Positions 60,946-64,000 of a DNA stretch of 64,000 nt are shown here, piece by piece (the stretch's first letter is position 1; the number at the start of each line of letters is the position of its first letter). The notes below the pieces were generated by a model. That model was not told where the DNA came from and ran no database searches. It saw nothing but the letters and a program-made list of their open reading frames with translations. A program made the translations under genes and the position numbers. Location: contig CM102283.1 in NCBI GenBank assembly GCA_046563655.1, forward strand, positions 1,674,001-1,738,000. Direction: 5' to 3'. This stretch comes from Yuukianura sp. NJ FZ-2021 (lineage: Eukaryota).

Positions 60946-63736
60946 TCAGAAAAACTGCATAGTCTCACAAAGCTCTATGCTCAACTGACGTAAATCTGCC
61001 TCCAACCGGTAATAATCGTCAACGAAAGTTACCCGGTCTTGTCGCCCTAATGCCATTTTTAAAAGGATTTTTTCTTTGATGTCATAGCCTATTCCCACGG
61101 CAAACATTTCGATTCCCAGGTCACCAGCCACTTCTGGTTCATCTCGCAATGGAGTGGAGGGATCGCCGTCAGTTAAAATGACCATGATCAGTGGAACACC
61201 CTCTCGTCTTTTGCTGGCCATTTCATACGTGGCAACACTAATTGCCTTTCCAGTTTGTGTGTCCTGTTTCAGATGCTTCGTTCCAAGGATTACTGCGGAC
61301 ATCTGAGCGGGTGTTAAGTCGGTATCAAAGGAACTGCCGAATCTGACGTCATTGCTGTAGTAGATGTACATTATTCTGCTGTTTTCAACAAAGGCTGCCA
61401 CCAACTTGTCAACAAATGCGATTGCTAGCAGAAACTGGTCGTCTTTGATACTTTCAGAAACATCCAACAGAATTCCGATATCACTAACATTAGGACATTG
61501 CGGTGGGGGCTCAAAGGTGGTAGTCTTTTCGGGAGGGGGCGTACTTGCGGTAGTACTTCTGGTGCGCCTTGTGCGCGGAGTTGTGCTTCTGGTGGTCGTT
61601 GTGGTCCGAGTTGGTAGAGTGCCTGTTCCTGGTGGTGTAGTGCCTGTTCCTGGTGTAGTAGGGCCTGTCCATGGAGTAGGGCCTGTTGGTGGTGGGGTAG
61701 GGCCTGTTCCTCGTGTTGTAGGGCCTGTCCATGGCGGAGTAGGGCCTGTTGGTGGTGTAGTAGGGCCTGTTCCTCGTGTGGTAGGGCCTGTCCATGGCGG
61801 AGTAGGGCCTGTTGGTGGTGGCGTATGGTCTGTTCCTGGTGTAGTATGGCCTGTCCATGGAGTAGGGCCTGTTGGTGGTGGGGTAGGGCCTGTTCCTCGT
61901 GTTGTAGGGCCTGTCCATGGCGGAGTAGGGCCTGTTGGTGGTGTAGTAGGGCCTGTTCCTCGTGTGGTAGGGCCTGTCCATGGCGGAGTAGGGCCTGTTG
62001 GTGGTGGCGTATGGTCTGTTCCTGGTGTAGTATGGCCTGTCCATGGAGTAGGGCCTGTTGGTGGTGGGGTAGGGCCTGTTCCTCGTGTTGTAGGGCCTGT
62101 CCATGGTGGAGTAGTGTCTGTTGGTGGTGGCGTATGGTCTGTTCCTGGTGTAGTAGGGCCTGTCCATGGAGTAGGGCCTGTTGGTGGTGTTGTAGGGCCT
62201 GTTCCTCGTGTGGTAGGGCCTGTCCATGGTGGAGTAGGGCCTGTTGGTGGTGGCGTATGGTCTGTTCCTGGTGTAGTATGGCCTGTCCATGGAGTAGGGC
62301 CTGTTGGTGGTGGGGTAGGGCCTGTTCCTCGTGTTGTAGGGCCTGTCCATGGTGGAGTAGTGTCTGTTGGGGGTGGCGTATGGTCTGTTCCTGGTGTAGT
62401 AGGGCCTGCCCAAGGTGTGGGAGGGCCTGTCCATGGTGGGGTAGGGTCTGTAGGCGGAGTTGGAGTGGGATCAGGCGGTGGTGGAATCCCACATACGTTT
62501 GGCAAGTCTATTAGGAAATCCACCAGATGTTCAACGAATTCGACAATACTTCTGTGACAGGACGTGCATTCGTCTTCCGTAGGCGTAGGGCATGCGTCAT
62601 CGACTGGATCTTGTTGCTTGGGTTCCGGATAAGTTGCGATGTTTCGATTTTTTCGGATATCCTGGAGTTTCGGTACCTCTAGAGTTTTGTCTACTTTAAA
62701 TACCCACACTCCGTTTTGACCCACGTTGCTGGATCCTGCCAATTCTCTAACTCGATGGGTACATGAGGCGGGACTAATTAGTTGTATTTCCCCTTTGTGA
62801 ATTTTGTCTCCAGCGTAGAACCCAGCAGTTGCTGAGCCAAAAGCTGGCTGGCTGCAGTTGCCATCGAAATCCATTCCAGAAATCCAGTCGAGCGTTTCTG
62901 TAACACAAAAGACTCAAAGTTGTCTTTTTGTTTGTTTATTAGTGCTTATTTAATTTTTTTTGAAATAATTCTAACCATAGTAAATGATGACATATGAGCC
63001 AGTGTCGTCTCTAGTTAGGATCGTCTGGAACGTGTTCCTGCAGTACGTGTCATATGCATTGTGTCCCCTTGCAGGTACATCCAGCCACGTTGCCACAAAT
63101 ACCCAACGCACGTTGTGGGGCGTAGACCGCGGAAACGCTGCTTGAAGTTGTCTGTTGGCTTTTCCCAGATTCTTGACATCGGCATTGACGGAGTGTGAAA
63201 TTAGCCCACCCATTTGTGGGTTAACTTCTGACCAAAAGGGCGCGATGAACATTGACCCATCAACACGTCCTTGAAGATCGTTGCAACCAAAAATGAAGTA
63301 ATCGATTCCTGTACACAGAAAAAACAAGCGTTATCAACATTTCTGTATAAAGTAAATAGCAGTATCTGTAATGTATAATATACAATGTGTGTAAACATAT
63401 TTATGTATTAATGTAAGAAGTATGTATAATGTATAATATACAATGCGTGTAAACAAATTTATGTTTAATGTAATAGCTTCATGTATAATTTAAGAACAAC
63501 TTAAGTTCAGAATTAGCATAAGAATTACCTTCGAGGAATGAAAGAATGCCATTGTCGCCGACAAAGATGCGGTTGAACGTGTTTCCAAAAAACTTGAAGT
63601 TTGGTAGGCGCGTGCCGACATATGCCTCATCTTTGCTCAAAACTTTGTCCGTCCCAATCTCAAAGAAATGGGACCGATCAATTCCAAGCGTACTTTTAGT
63701 AAAGAGCAGAATTGGCAACAATGTTAAGAAATACAT
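60946..63736 (-). CDS. Secreted NIDO - Pro/Thr/Gly/Trp mucin-like repeat - vWA protein
   Basis: Exons 63736-63529, 63308-62976, 62897-60946; signal MYFLTLLPILLF; NIDO motifs FVGDNGILSF, FIAPFWS, VFVATW, NTFQTIL, AGFYAGD, SNVGQNGVWVFKVD; C-terminal vWA with DVSES/T/TDG. Confidence 0.88.
61615..62445 (-). repeat. Coding minisatellite of 60/63 bp units (PTPPWTGPTTRGTG / PTPWTGHTTPGTDH)
   Basis: Marker gcgtatggtc at 61821, 62007, 62130, 62253, 62376 (spacing 186, 123, 123, 123). Confidence 0.92.
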
Positions 63737-64000
63737 TGTAGCCACCTGGAGTTGTTCTCAAGAAGAAGTGCAAAAATGTACTAACAGCAACAGAGCTACT
63801 ATACTACGATTTCGAAAATTCCGAAAGTAGGTTTTATTTAATTTCCTGGTTATTGTTGATTCCGGATCATAGTTGCTGTGCGAAGAGAAACGGATCCAGC
63901 CGATCCAACTGGTTGTGATCAGAATGGCCGATTCCAGCATAGACTGTGAGCAGAAAGGCCAAACCTTATTACAAGCAAAATGAAAAAAGCAATAGTTTAA

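Noticed and set aside
61364-62557. Long overlapping ORFs (397, 355, 307 and 229 aa) in other frames and strand
   Set aside because: By-products of a stop-free coding minisatellite; only the Pro/Thr frame links NIDO to vWA

Overview
AT-rich, gene-dense eukaryotic (arthropod) genomic DNA with short GT-AG introns. The 7TM chemoreceptor type and the CAP expansion suggest a springtail/non-insect hexapod (inference only). Gene order: 5' part of peroxidasin (-), gelsolin (-), MYORG/GH31-like (+), RDH-like SDR (+), a dead LINE carrying two nested insertions (a Helentron-associated HINE/DINE-like element and a 3.5 kb non-autonomous LTR element), a MITE-disrupted GR/OR-like receptor (-), an iGluR-like gene lacking the pore loop (-), a decayed copy of a sodium-channel exon, an 8-exon secreted cysteine-module gene missed by the ORF track (+), a complete para-type Nav channel (+), a tandem array of 7 CAP/SCP genes with GPI-like tails interleaved with carboxylesterase 5' relics, a stand-alone vWA ORF, a long inverted repeat and a NIDO-mucin-vWA gene (-). 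Best leads: the pore-less glutamate receptor, the toxin/defensin-like cysteine polyprotein next to Nav, pyrethroid-site substitutions in Nav (T929V and others), the LTR element with a spliced zinc-knuckle gene, and the hypervariable CAP array. All gene models were spliced by eye; no database searches were run.
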